The notes below the pieces were generated by a model. The model saw nothing but the letters and a program-made list of their open reading frames with translations, made no database searches and was not told where the DNA came from. Below, one piece after another: positions 38,041-50,441 of a stretch of 64,000 nucleotides of DNA (its first letter is position 1; the number at the start of each line of letters is the position of its first letter). A program made the translations under genes and the position numbers. Origin of the DNA: Callorhinchus milii (Eukaryota); the NCBI RefSeq assembly GCF_018977255.1, contig NW_024704742.1:81842001-81906000 (forward strand), in the 5' to 3' direction.

Positions 38041-38475
38041 AGGACGGCATCTCTGACAATGCAGCGCTCCCCTAGTACTGCTTAGAAGTAACAGCCTGCA
38101 TTAAGAGTTCAAAAGTCCCAATGTGGGGCATGAGCCCACAACATTTTGTTTCAGAGGTGCGATTGCTACCAACTGAGCCAGGCTGACACTCTGTGGTTGA
38201 CAGTTATCAACCCACTGGTGAAATATTCAGGTGGACCTTAAAGATCCCATGGCACTATTTGAAAAGAGAAGGGAGTTTCTCTCTTATGTTCTGGCCAACA
38301 AACCCCCAGATAACATTAGTCATTCGCTTCATGGCTAGTTGTCAGCCATTGCCATGTACAAATGGCCGCAATAGCTCACCTACAAATACATAGTCGCTGC
38401 ACTGCACATGAAGTGCTTTGAGTCCTCCTCCGAATGTGAAATATGCTGCATCAAATTCAAAGAGTGTTGTTATTA
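38041..38475. mobile_element. DeuSINE family A with an inverted 5' half
   Basis: 38041-38190 is the reverse complement of the head and 5' body; 38224-38475 is the sense 3' body and tail. Confidence 0.8.
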
Positions 38476-40088
38476 ATAAATTATTAGTATTATTAGCTGA
38501 ACCACATACAGAATAGTAGACTTGGAGAGACACAGGGACTTGGTTGATCTAGTAGCCCTCTGAAGGGTTGTATTTGAAATAAACAACAATATGAACTCAT
38601 GCTCATTCATAATGGCTACTATGAGCATTGGTGAGAGGATTCCGGCCCACAGTTCTGGGACTGTTGCTATTCCATGACTAAGCTAATTGTGTGACTGGCA
38701 AGTGACAGTTATTAATGAGTTAGGTATGTTTGCCTCTCAAATGGATTGAAACTGCATTGGCTGTGCAACATTCGTTTTCCACAGGACAGGTTAAAAAAAA
38801 GAAAGATTTTCAATTTTTATTGATTTCTTTGTTATTGGATTAATTCTGACCGTGGGAATCTATTGCGCACAGGGTGCACGTCAATACACAACAGCGCGTT
38901 TACAATGACCCATAAATATTAATAATGTCACTGAAGCAAACCAAGTAATATATTGGTCTCTTTTTAGATTTTGTTTTAAATTCAACTGATTTAAAACAAA
39001 AACACAGGGTTTGTTCTGCTTCATACTCTCCATTCATTGTGTTTATTGATGTGCACTGAATGCTATTCTGTTCCATCCTGTACATTATTTTTCAAATCCG
39101 TTCTGGTGCGCTTATAAATAATTTGAATGCAATTTAAAAATGTATAATTTCAGTTTACTTCCTTAATATCATGTTATTCATAATTTAAAATGTTCTGCAT
39201 AAGGTCACTGGGATACATTTACGAATGGAGCAGAAGAGCTCACTTGAACGAATGGATCAGAGTACCTTATATCCCCCCATCTCCAGTGAGTGCAATGAAG
39301 TGCTGAAAAATATGAGCATTGATAAAATTATTTCCAGCTTTAGATAGAAACTTTCCATCACAGCAATTAATTTTTTTTGTTTAAAAAAATGAATTTGATG
39401 CTCATTGAAGTGAAGGTTCAGAGAAATGCATGACTTTCTAATTCAGAGCATCCACATTAGATAAAATGCAAAACTCCCTCTAATTGTACTTCACCGCTTT
39501 CCTCGGAAAGGCAATTTCTATCGCACCAGCTATCTACTTGCACACGCAAGACACCCTGTAGCCCAGGGATTCCCAATTATATCCAGATATGTTCACTTGC
39601 CTTACTCAGGAAGCATACTGAGGTTTGAGTAAGATAGCACTGGTCAATGGAATTTCATGAGTCTGGATAAAATTACTTTTCTGTTTTGTTGCGGACTTCA
39701 ATATGCCGCTCAGGAATCACTGAAGTCGTTTATCGATGATATAGCTGAAAATGGTGATTAATTCTCGTCTTCTCCACCAACTATTTTTAATCATTAGCTT
39801 TTCAATCTTATTGATCCCTTGCCCTGGTTCGTCTCCTTTGTGGATTAATTGGGATTGATTAGTTTGACCTGGATTCTGTTCCCGTCACTTATTCGTGCTC
39901 TCCATTCAGTCCTTCTCTCTCCTCTTCACCATCACCCTCTCTCTTCACTCTGCAGTTTATTCACTCCCACTGTCGGAGACTTTATTCTGAGCTGTACATC
40001 CATATCTGTACTATATTCACCTCACTTTTGCTAAGAATCTCACTCTCAGTGCACACAATCGAGTCAGTGACTGTCAGAGAATTACTTG

Positions 40089-40350
40089 GGGGGTCAACAG
40101 GTGTGGAAATATGGGGAAACCTATTACCGTGGGTAAAAGTATCCAAACTAAACAGAGCTCCATGCATCTCACCTACACATGGAAATTCCCATGTATGGGA
40201 ACGGAATGCACACTTCCCTCCCTGGAGGCAAGCATCCTGTTTACCTAAGTTTACCTAAGTCCAGAAAAGCAGGTTGCAAGAGCCAAGGCTTAGCAACCTC
40301 AGAGTGTGTGTTGGGGTAACCACTAAAATCTAATCAGTTAATACCACATG
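40089..40350 (-). mobile_element. RTE/RTEX-like family, 3' UTR copy
   Basis: The reverse complement has CTTGGCTCTTGCAACC...TTAGGTAAACAGGATGC...TTCCATGTGTAGGTGAGATGCATGGA...TTTGGATACTTTTA. A shorter piece lies at about 7290-7350. Confidence 0.75.
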
Positions 40351-41169
40351 GGTTTACAAACTCAACAGATTGAAGAATGTAAACCTTGTTGCCAATGCTC
40401 TTAAACTACAGTAACTTTAACCCTCTTCAACTGCAGCACAATTCAACACTTGGCAGAAAATCCACGTTTGCTGCCTACAAACGTTGATATTGTCACCATG
40501 GTGACGTACTCAAAGTTAGGCAATGTGCTGCCCGTTGTATTGATGTGCAACCTCCACAAAGCTTTGACTCGATTATGACATTCTGTTGCCAATTAATTGG
40601 AGCCAATTATAGTAATATAACAATCTTTGCATTTGATATAGCACCTTATCAAGTCATCGAGACAGTGTATTTTGGTGGCAAAAGTCCATATTTTCAGTTC
40701 AGCTCCAAGGAACTCCTGCTTATCTTCCCCCACCCAGGAGGATAGTCACTATTTGGTCATTTGATTGACCCAAAGCATCACCTTAAGAACCACTGAAATC
40801 AGTGAGATTTATTGGTAGTTCTCGGTCTCAGTAGAGTCACCCTTCTTGTCGACAGATATCACACCTGGACTGTAGAACACTGAGAGAATGCATGCCTCAG
40901 AGAGAATCCTATTGACCAGCGTTAGGAAGGCATTATCAAGGTGAGTGGTGGTTCTTGGTCTTGATCTGTAAAATCCTCAATGTTTTCCACTGCGGGGATG
41001 AGAAATAGACTGGGGCCCAACAAATGGAACTTTCTGCTCATATCCCTTTTGTGCAAAATAGCCAATGGAATAATAATGATATTAATCTTTGCATTTGATA
41101 TAGAAAAGGAGGGAGAGAGGAGAGAGGGACATACGTTGTCATATGTCTCAGGATCTTACTGAGTGGGGA

Positions 41170-41452
41170 GTGATTTGCAGGAAACACAGCAGTCAATTTG
41201 CTTACAACATTGTCTCTGGAGGATTGTTGCCCAAGGTCACCAAGAGACACTCACTTCTCTTTTGGGGTAGTGCATGGGATCTTTAACATGCACTTAGCAA
41301 GGTAGGTGAGATCTTGATTTAATGTCTCATTGAAAGACGGCATCTCTGACATTGCAGCAGTCACCCAGCATTGTATTTGTGTTCTATTGTGCAGCTTGAA
41401 CCCACAACCTTCTGACTCAGAGGCAACAGCACTACCAACTGAGCCAGGCTGA
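41170..41452 (-). mobile_element. DeuSINE family A
   Basis: Reverse-complement head CAGCCTGGCTCAGTTGGTAGTGCTGTTGCCTCTGAGTCAGAAGGTTGTGGGTTCAAG. Confidence 0.85.
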
Positions 41453-41727
41453 ATTAAGGATGGTTGTGCTCTAAGCCAACACACCCTTGGAATTGTGTTT
41501 GTTGTACTTGTCACTGTAGTGTACTGTCTCTGTAAAGCTCCAGTGTAAAACTTTTCCTATCTTCGGTAAGAGCAAATGACTCAGATTCAAAGCAAAGGCC
41601 CAAAGCTTTAATTCCATCCATGGTGACTGGTTTCAAATAGGTCTATAATTTTTTTAAATAAAACATGTTGATATGTATCAAATTGGTGATGTGATCCGAG
41701 TAAATGGCAAAGCACAGGCAGTGGTGA

Positions 41728-41925
41728 GTGAGAAAGAGGGAAAGGGAGAGAGAGAGCGAGAGGATAGAGGAACCAAGATAAAGAGGGAGAGATAAAGAGA
41801 GAAAGCAAAAGCAAGAGGAAAGGAGAAAGTTTATTTCCACATCTCTCCATTTCTCCTCTGTATCTCTCTCTCGTTTTTCTCTCTCTACTCTCGTCTCTCT
41901 CTCTCTACACGGTCTCTTTTTCACT
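41728..41925. repeat. GA-rich tract followed by CT-rich tract
   Basis: Purine run at about 41728-41830, then pyrimidine run at about 41840-41925. Confidence 0.8.
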
Positions 41926-43244
41926 CTAACCTTACTACACCAGTTATTCTAATTACATTATTTTCTGTTTTTGAATTTTAAAAAAAATGGCTTTTTAAAA
42001 ACAGGTTTTAAAAAATTACTTTTTACTGTTCGTTTTTAAAACAAAAGACAGCGCTGTGTTTGTAACAAATCCCGAGCACATTATAAGGCAGATAGAAAAG
42101 GAATGTCCCCCCACCCTTCTGGGTCACAAGACCACAAGATTAGTTTGGATGAAGGAGGCCCTTCAGCCCATCTGATCTCATCCCTCCAGAACACCCACCC
42201 TTCCATCCCCTCATCACTGCATCAAGGTGTATTGCAACTGAGTTGAGTGGCCTGGACTCAATCGCCTTTTCGGGTTTATTTTAATAGATAGGTTTGTGTT
42301 AATTGCAGACTTTAAAACAATACATTGGACTGATTTATGTCAATATCATTTGAGCCACATGAGATCCAAGAAAATACCCTTTACAAGTTTAAAAAAATCT
42401 ACAAAAAAAGTAGAATCTGAGTTTTCCACTGTGGTGTTGCCTTATTAGAGAACTTAGAACACAAACATGCTGTATTGGGGACCAGGGAGAGGCTGGCAAA
42501 GCTTGTTTAAGCAGCCATCCTAAAGATAAACGGGACTTTGTACAATTCTTGGCACTTCTACAAACTTGTCATTTGTGACCTAACAAAGTGAGGACTCCTG
42601 TATTGCTTGAGGTTAGGCCGATCGGCTCAATTATATTGATCCCTATCAATGGATAATGCTGTTCTCAACAATGATCAGTGGCTGGAGCCAGTGTGTAACC
42701 AACAGGACATGAGCTGAATGTGCTAAAATAACAAGCTGCCTGGCATTGCCTGTCTCAAAGAATAGGAACGAGACTCTGATCCTTAGACAATGTTAGATTT
42801 ATTTGTAAGACTAGCTGGCAAAAACATAGATATATTAAATTTAGGCTGTAGGCTATAATTTAATACACATTCAATCAGGAAATTGATTTAAGTTGCTGCT
42901 ATTCCCAGTGGTGACGAGTGTTCAATAATTTTCTTGCAGCCACTGAACTTCACCAAGAGTGGAATACCAAACAGATCTGCAAGTACATAATTATTTGTCT
43001 CGTAAAACATACACTTTACCATGCTAAGTAAACAAAGATTAAAAAACCTTTACCACACTAAATAAAGAGCGATCTAAGTGAACCAAAATACCTCAGAACA
43101 TAAACACTGTGTGTGCAAGACATCAAAAATGACTGATTTTTTTTGAAATTGTGTAATATTTCTGACCACTATTGATTTGAGGTGGAGCTGCTATAGACTT
43201 CTTATCTTTTCTAAAAATAGTTGCTGGTTCCCTAAATATTGAAA

Positions 43245-44360
43245 CATCTGATTCATCCTTTGAATGAGATGTTAAACCAAGGTCTCATCTATCTATTCAG
43301 ATGGACATTTCTCCTGGTGTCCTGGCCAATAATTCCCCAAATAAAATTGGTCACTCATTCCATTGTTGTTCATGGAACATTGATGTGCGCTAGTTGGTTG
43401 CCACATTGGATGACACACAAATCTACTTCTCCTCCTCTAACTGCAACTCCAGGTCTGCCAATGTTCTGTCAGCTTGTCTCACAGACATCAGGGCCTGGAT
43501 GAGTGCAAGCTCCAGGCAGCTAAATGTTGACAAGACGGAAGCCATACTCCTTAGCTCCCGTCAACATTTTCTGTCCTGTGGCTCTGATCTCCTCAATCTC
43601 TCCGGCCTATCTCTCAAACTCACCAAACCGTTGTGCAACCTAGGCATCAGGTTCAAACCACAGCTGTCCTTCCTACCCCACATCCAGTCCTTGACCAAGA
43701 CTGCTTTCCTTCACCTCCCACCGCAACTATTCAAAAGTCCTCCTCGCCGTTCTCTCCAGTTCCACTAACCACAAAATCTAATTAATCCAAAACTCCGCTG
43801 CCCACATACTAACCCGCACTAAATTCCGTATTCCCATCACACCAGTTCAAGCCAGGCTCCACTGGCTCCCTATCACCAAACTGATTGACTTTAAGATCCC
43901 CTTGTGCCCTGGCACCTTCCCGACCTCTCTAATCTGCTTACTCCCCAAACAACTACCTACAGCAGTACTAAATGTACAGTACAGTATTGCTCTGGCCTCC
44001 AGCATGTTCCTCATGCCCTCAGTTCCGCCATCGGTGGCCACACTTTCAGCCTTCAGCCACCAAGCCCCAAACCTCTGGAACCTTCTTTCCTATCTTTTGC
44101 ATTCCCCATTTTCAGCTCGTGCTTGAAGACCTTCCTCTTCGATCGTGCCTATTGTCATCTGCCCCTTCCTCCCGGCTTGGCTTCGCACTCCACCACTGTC
44201 AAGCGCTCTGGGATGTTACTCTGTGGGGGCACAGTTGTTGTTGTTTGCAGTCCCCCACAAAACACACAGTCACTGGACTCCACAGTAAATCCAGTGAAAC
44301 ACTGTGGGACATCCTCTCAACAGGAAAGGATTTATGTCAAATATAAGGATTATTATTATT
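43245..44360 (+). mobile_element. DeuSINE split by an L2 insertion
   Basis: The SINE body runs to ...TTGGTTGCCACATT (43407) and resumes at TCCCCCACAAAACACACAGTCAC (44251), ending in (TTA)n. Confidence 0.8.
43408..44246 (+). mobile_element. L2 LINE, 5'-truncated at the YADD motif
   Basis: DDTQIYFSSS...[11 protein letters not shown]...NLGIRF...HIQSLTKTAFLHL; TTG tail. Confidence 0.92.
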
Positions 44361-44667
44361 CAACAACAACAACTTGCATTTATATAGTGCCCTTCACACA
44401 GGGTAACATCTCAGAGTTCTTGATCTCTTGGCCATGATTGTGGCAAATGGACTATTAATGGTGCCCACCAATATGTTTATGGTAAAATTGCTGTCACCTT
44501 CAATGGGATCCTCAGATATTTCACCCAATTGAATATACTGCATGTGTGAGCCTTGGACAATGAGACATTCTGAAGAATGAAACTGTTCGATGCTGACCAG
44601 GAAGGTCCTAAGTTCTATCTCCAGAATTTTATGATAAATGAACAGTTTCTGATCTTTTGTCAATATA

Positions 44668-44790
44668 TTCATAGAATCATGGAAATGTACAGTGCAGAAG
44701 GAGGCCATTCAGTCCATCCAGTCTGCACCAGCTCTCAGAGCAAGTTGTCCATTTAATCCTACTGGTCTGGCCTATCCCCACACCTACTGT
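44668..44790 (-). mobile_element. CR1 3' end
   Basis: CATAGAATCATGGAAATGTACAGTGCAGAAGGAGGCCATTCAGTCCATC. Confidence 0.75.
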
Positions 44791-45349
44791 CTACTTTCCT
44801 TTTAAAACCCATTTTCCATGAACTTATTTTTGACTTGCGAGTAAGGAAGAAGCTGAAGATTTTGAATCAATTTGACCCGGGGTTAGTACTGCAGCGACAT
44901 AGAATCTGTAATGCGAGTGTTTTTCATGTGAACGTGATTTGAGAGTCAATGGAATTGCCAAAAACAGTGTGAGACCACCTGGTGGAGACAGTCTCACAAC
45001 CACTTCACATTCACACGGCTGCAGTCACACTGTGGGCTGGTGCGAAATCAAGTTTTCAAACTTTAAAATTACACTTTTAAGCACTTAGGCAATCCACTGC
45101 AGTTTAGTTTTTGGACGGTTCTAAAATAAAGCACAATTGTCCATTTGCAGTTAAAAATGGAGAGCTGAGATCTACTCTGGTTTGTAAGTGCACCTGTGTA
45201 GAGTTCTGCTGGGTATGAGCAGAGTGAGTGTAAACTAGCACTGTGCATTTTCACCAAATTTAATGTAGGTATCATTGTGAAACTGGTATCTGCAGTGTTG
45301 TTGGATAAAACATGGTCTTTAAAAGGGCACAGTACACAAATAAATTAAA

Positions 45350-45625
45350 TAAAAGGTCACTCAATCCATAACTGTTTGTGGGACACTGTTGTGCACATTT
45401 GGCTGATGTGTTCCATCCACAAAATATACAGTCAATTCACTTTACTGTATATTCTGTGAAGCACTTTGAGACATTTGGCAAATTGTTTTCCAGGGGTAAT
45501 AATCCCTTCAATTTTTTTTAATTTGTCAATCAATCCACTACTGTTTGTGGGACACTGCTGTGCGCAATTGGTGACCAATGATGTGATAAGGCACTTTACC
45601 AAATGCAAGGATTATTATTATTATA
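45350..45625 (+). mobile_element. Two tandem SINE family B 3' fragments
   Basis: The block CAATCCA...CTGTTTGTGGGACACTG occurs twice; one tail. Confidence 0.75.
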
Positions 45626-46077
45626 AACCTTTGGCTCAGAAATTCCAGGTCAGAGTTAATTCCACCATATTTGAACATATATTATTGCAGAACTTGGATA
45701 GTAAGTTGCAAAATGAACAGTATTCATACATTTTATTACATTCAATCAGTGTTGCAGGTGGCAAGCTTGTCTCCAGGGACAACAACAATAATTTGTATAT
45801 ATATATATATACAATATAGCCTGTCAAGCGGGGTAGTGTCTGGGAAAGCCTACACTGTAGGGTGCACACAATACTATTGTTGCCTATGGAGGCACCTCAA
45901 GGTTTTCCTGTTTCTCCAGAAGTGGAGTACTAGATTCTAAAGGCATCCCAGTGCCTATACCACTGTCACTTTCATACATTTCTGCCCACACTTCTTAGCA
46001 GTTCATCCAGATCAGTAGTACATCTTTACTGGTACATTGTTGGTCTGGGTGAATCTCATCCAAATATTGTGCGTCCT

Positions 46078-46517
46078 ATTCAGGGTTTTATGCATAGAGT
46101 TGGAAATTACCTTTGTAAAAAGCCTGGGATTGAAATACATGGTGACATCTCAATGGGTTTGTAGCAGAACCAGTGGAGATCGTGATTCCAGTCCCTATGC
46201 CCATGCCCATTCTGTCTTAGAATTTCATTTTCTTATATATTCCTTTGATACAAGACATTAAATAGACAATGACTCAGTACTTGCAATGCAAACAGAGGGA
46301 GAAATTAATTGTGCCAAAAATCCCAAGTAGTTTCTGCAGAACTTTCTAAAGGCAAAGCGTGAAATGTAACAGGAACAAAAAAGCAGGAGACTGCACACAG
46401 AGCACTGAACTGCCAGAAGCAGTTTTGCTAGAAACACATTGTAAAGTTGTCACTGTGTCTCCCATTGCTAGGCTTTTTATAAAGGTAATTTGCAAGTTCA
46501 TGCATAAAACCCTGAAT
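46078..46517. mobile_element. MITE-like element with long imperfect terminal inverted repeats
   Basis: ATTCAGGGTTTTATGCAT...AAATTACCTTTGTAAAAAGCCT matches the reverse complement of 46468-46517; weaker similarity continues about 50 nt further inward. Confidence 0.7.
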
Positions 46518-47477
46518 CAATTTTGATCTTTGCAGTTTCACATTTCCGATAATCCATTCTCCGCTCTGACCAGTTACTAATGTTCATTTCCTGGGGGAGA
46601 GGTGAAGGTGGATGGTGCAGAAAGCATTGATGGGGCTGTCTGCGAGAAAAAAGGCAGGTTTCTAGTCAATTTTCCTCCAATTTCAAATTTTTCCCAATAT
46701 TTATTTATTTGTTTTTCAGTTAAAAGTTCAGTTGAGTTTATTATTGAGCTAACTCACCTCACCGCTTGGCCCCACCCTCCAAATCCAACCCTCAGCTCAG
46801 GTGTAAACCCTCGACTGTCTGGTGTTTTGGCACATCCTCTTGATGTGAAAGGCACTATATAAATTCAATTGTTGTTGGTTTTATTATTATTATTATAACG
46901 GTCAAAAAATCTCATCATGATCTTGCACTGTAACCACAGATTCCAACTTAGATGCAATGTAGACGTAACCATATCAAGTCTTACAACACAGAATATTATA
47001 ACAATAATCCTTGCATTTTCATGTCGGGAAGACATATCAAAGCACTTTACAAGATTTTACTATGAAGTAAACATGCCCTATGATCCAGGAAGGGAAATAA
47101 AAATCTTATGAAATTTGATGTTTGTGCTCACAGTGTTATTGTTGCTTAATATTTATCAATAACAGTAAAACTCCATGCATTTGACCTACAACGAAATGTC
47201 TCAAAGTATTGTTATCACATCAATGTCCTGGCAGAGTACAGAGCACTGTTACTGCATCAATGTACATATAGAGGATCAAGAACTGTACCCTCAGTGACCT
47301 GACAGATCTTAAATCTAATTCTGGAGATTAAGGAATTAAAGCACATGTGAATATCAACAACAATATAATTTCTGAGTTGTTTGTATTAACATTCGCCTAC
47401 AAAACACACAATCATTCCACTTTACATCCTGCTTTGAAGCATCCTCCTGACGTGAAATGTAAAGATTGTTATTGTTA

Positions 47478-47836
47478 TAGAACACTTGCCTCACAAGCGA
47501 GAGAACTTGGTTGATTTCCGGCAGGGTGAAATGTTGGGCAAGTTTCCTTACTCCACAGCTTCTGTTTACTTAACAGTAAGTAGGAACCCGGTTGTTAGTC
47601 GATTTGCGGATGGTTTCTCCGAATATAATAACTCCTTCAAAAAACTAAGAATAAGAATAAGAAATTAGTCACTCAATCCACGACTGTTTGTGGGACCACT
47701 GCTGTGCGCAATTGTCTGTCGCTTTTTGCCCACAAATATACAGTCATTTCACTTTACGGTATACTCTTTGAAGCGCTTTGAGATGTCTTGAAAACGTGAT
47801 AAGGCGCTATATCAACTGAAAGGATTATTATTATAA
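47478..47836 (+). mobile_element. SINE family B, nearly full length
   Basis: CACTTGCCTCACAAGCGAGAG...GGGCAAGTTTCCTTACTCCAC...tail. Confidence 0.9.
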
Positions 47837-48109
47837 TTTGTAATAAAGTAGTAAAATTTGCAAAATTCCTAAAAGTTTTTCGATCCTTATTTAAGGAAGT
47901 CATTTAGGAAGACCAGCAGGTGGCAACCCCCACCTCCAAATTCAAATTGTCCTTGGTCAAAACATGTATTTACAGTAATGGCCTTGGAAGCTTCAAGCCT
48001 TGCCCACCAGATCACCTCTCATTTTAAAAAAATGTTTTTACCTCATGCACTTTGACACTGAAATTAATAAAGTTACTTGACTTCTCAAGTAACTTGAAAC
48101 ATTGAAAAC

Positions 48110-49822
48110 ATCCACTTGGCTGCAACATCCTCCCCCCCATGACCCCTTCCACCCCATCCAGACCATCCACACCGCCTTCTACTTCCGCCATGGCTCCTGC
48201 CACTCCCATCTCTTTTCACTTCTTTGCCCCCATTTCTCCCTCCTATCTCTTAAACACAATCACCCGGATGAAGGTCACCACATGCTGCCTCGACCCTCTC
48301 GCTACCTAGCTGCTGGTCACTCAATTCCCCCTCCTCTCCCCCCTGCTCTCTCTCCAGTCTGTCTCATCAGTGTCTGTTCCAATCCCCCTGAAAACTGCTG
48401 CTATCACACCCCTCCTCAAAAAACCCACCCTGAATCCCTCTAATCTCTCACACTACCATCCCATTTCCAACCTACCCTTCCTTGCCAAAGTCCTGGAATG
48501 CATTGTTGCAGGTCAACTTCGGTCACACCTCTCCCTCCACTCCTTCCTCGAGCCACTGCTGTCTGTTTTCCACGCTGCCCACAGCACAGAGACAGCACTT
48601 GTCAAGGTCACAAACAACATTCCCTCTATCTGTGACCAAGGCTTCCTCTACCTCCTCGACCTCATGGATCGCTCTGCCACGTTCAACTCATTCAACAATG
48701 CCATCCTCCTCCACTGCCTCTCCTCCCTCATCTACTTTAGTGGGATCACATTGCATGGTTTGAGTCCTACTTAACCAACCACCTCCATTTCATCTCAGCA
48801 AATGGTTTCTACTCCCGGTCACCTGCTGGGTACTCCAGGTCTCCATCCTTGGCCCTCTTCTTTTCCTTAGCTATATGCTCCCTCTGGGTGATGTCATCCA
48901 CAGACATAGGGTAAATTTTCACACGTATGTGGATGACACACAAATCTACTTTGCTTCCTCCAGTACCAACTCCAGGTCTGCCAATGTTCTGGCAGACACC
49001 AGGGCCTGGATGAATGTAAACTTCCTGCAGCTGAATATGGACAAGACCGAAGCTATACTCCTGGCTCCCATCAACGTCTTCACTCCTGCAGATCTAAACT
49101 CCTGAACCTTCCTGGGCTCTCCCTCAGACTCACCGAACCAGTGCACAACCTCGTTATCCGGTTCGACTCCCAACTGTCCTTCCTTCCCTACATGCAGTCC
49201 CTGACCAGGACCGCCTTCTTCCACCTCTACAACATTGTCTGCCTTACCCCAAATGCAGCCAAAACCCTCTTGCACATGTTTGTCACATCCCACTTGGATT
49301 ACTCGAACACACTCCTCACTGTTCTCCCCAGCTTCACCATTCACAAGATCCAGCTCATTCAAAACTCTGTCGCCTGCATACTGACCTGGACCAAACTCCA
49401 TACCACATCTCACCAGTTCTGGCCAGGCTCCATTGGGTCCTCATCGCGTAACGGATCGACTTCAAGATCCTCACACTTGTATTGAAATTCATTCACTCTC
49501 TGGCACCTCCCTACCTCTCCAACCTCCTCGCTCCCCAGTCCATCACCCAGTGCCTCCGATCGACTGGCACTGGCCTCCTGCTCGCCCCTGGCACTCTCCA
49601 TCCCATCATCAGATGTCATGCTTTCAGCCACTACACCCTGAAACACTGGAACACTCTCCCTCAATCCCCGCACCTTGTCTGCCTTTTCCCCTTTTTCAAG
49701 AGCCACCTGAAAACTTTCCTCTTCAACCATGCTGATGGCCACCTCCGCAGCTTGCAGTCAGGCTCCGCTACTGTTAAGCTACCCTGCATGGAGGGTGCTA
49801 TATAAGTGCAAGTTGTTGTATT
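48110..49822 (+). mobile_element. L2 LINE, 5'-truncated, decayed
   Basis: [71 protein letters not shown] tail. Confidence 0.95.
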
Positions 49823-50032
49823 TGTTGAATGTCAGGAATAGCATACCAACTATTCAGTTAATAGAGATTATACAAAATAAGATATACTCACACACAATTT
49901 AAATTAGAAAAGTAAATTAGGTAACTTATAAACAAACCATTAAATACTGCAGATACTGAAAATGTGAAGCAAAAACAGAAGTTGCTGGGAGCACTCAGCA
50001 GGTCAGGCAGCATCTATGGAGAAAGGAAAGTG

Positions 50033-50069
50033 AGTCAATATCTCAAGTCCAAGACTCTTCATCAGAACT
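50033..50069 (-). ncRNA. Degenerate minimal type I hammerhead ribozyme (probably inactive)
   Basis: The minus strand reads AGTT-CTGATGA-AGAGTC-TTG-GACTT-GAGAT-ATT-GACT. CUGAUGA and stems I/II are present; GAAAC is mutated to GAGAT. Confidence 0.65.
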
Positions 50070-50412
50070 GGGGCATATTGGGAGGGAGAGGCTTTTAAGG
50101 GCTAACAAAGAGGGGGGAGGCAGGGCAAAGAAGACACATGAGAAAACGGGATAGAGGACAGGGGATGGTGGGTTAAAGAGGTGTTAATACTGCAGAACAA
50201 AGGAGGCAGGAATTGCAGCAAAATAGGCAGACCAGAGAGAGAAAAGGTATGTCTGGGACCCAGATGAACAGAACAGTGTGGAAGATCTTGGATGGATAGG
50301 TCAGAGTTCGAGTGGGAGGGAGAGTCATCCCCTATCCTCTACCCCATTTTCTCCTTTGTCTTCCTTGCCCTGCCTCCCCCCTCTCTGTTAGCCTTTAAAA
50401 GCCCCTCCCTCC

Positions 50413-50441
50413 AAAAGGGTCATGGACCCGAAACGTTGACT
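50413..50441 (+). ncRNA. Partial hammerhead ribozyme (stem II, GAAAC and cleavage region; CUGAUGA deleted)
   Basis: GGGTC-ATG-GACCC-GAAAC-GTT-GACT. About 20 nt including CTGATG are missing relative to the left arm. Confidence 0.65.
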
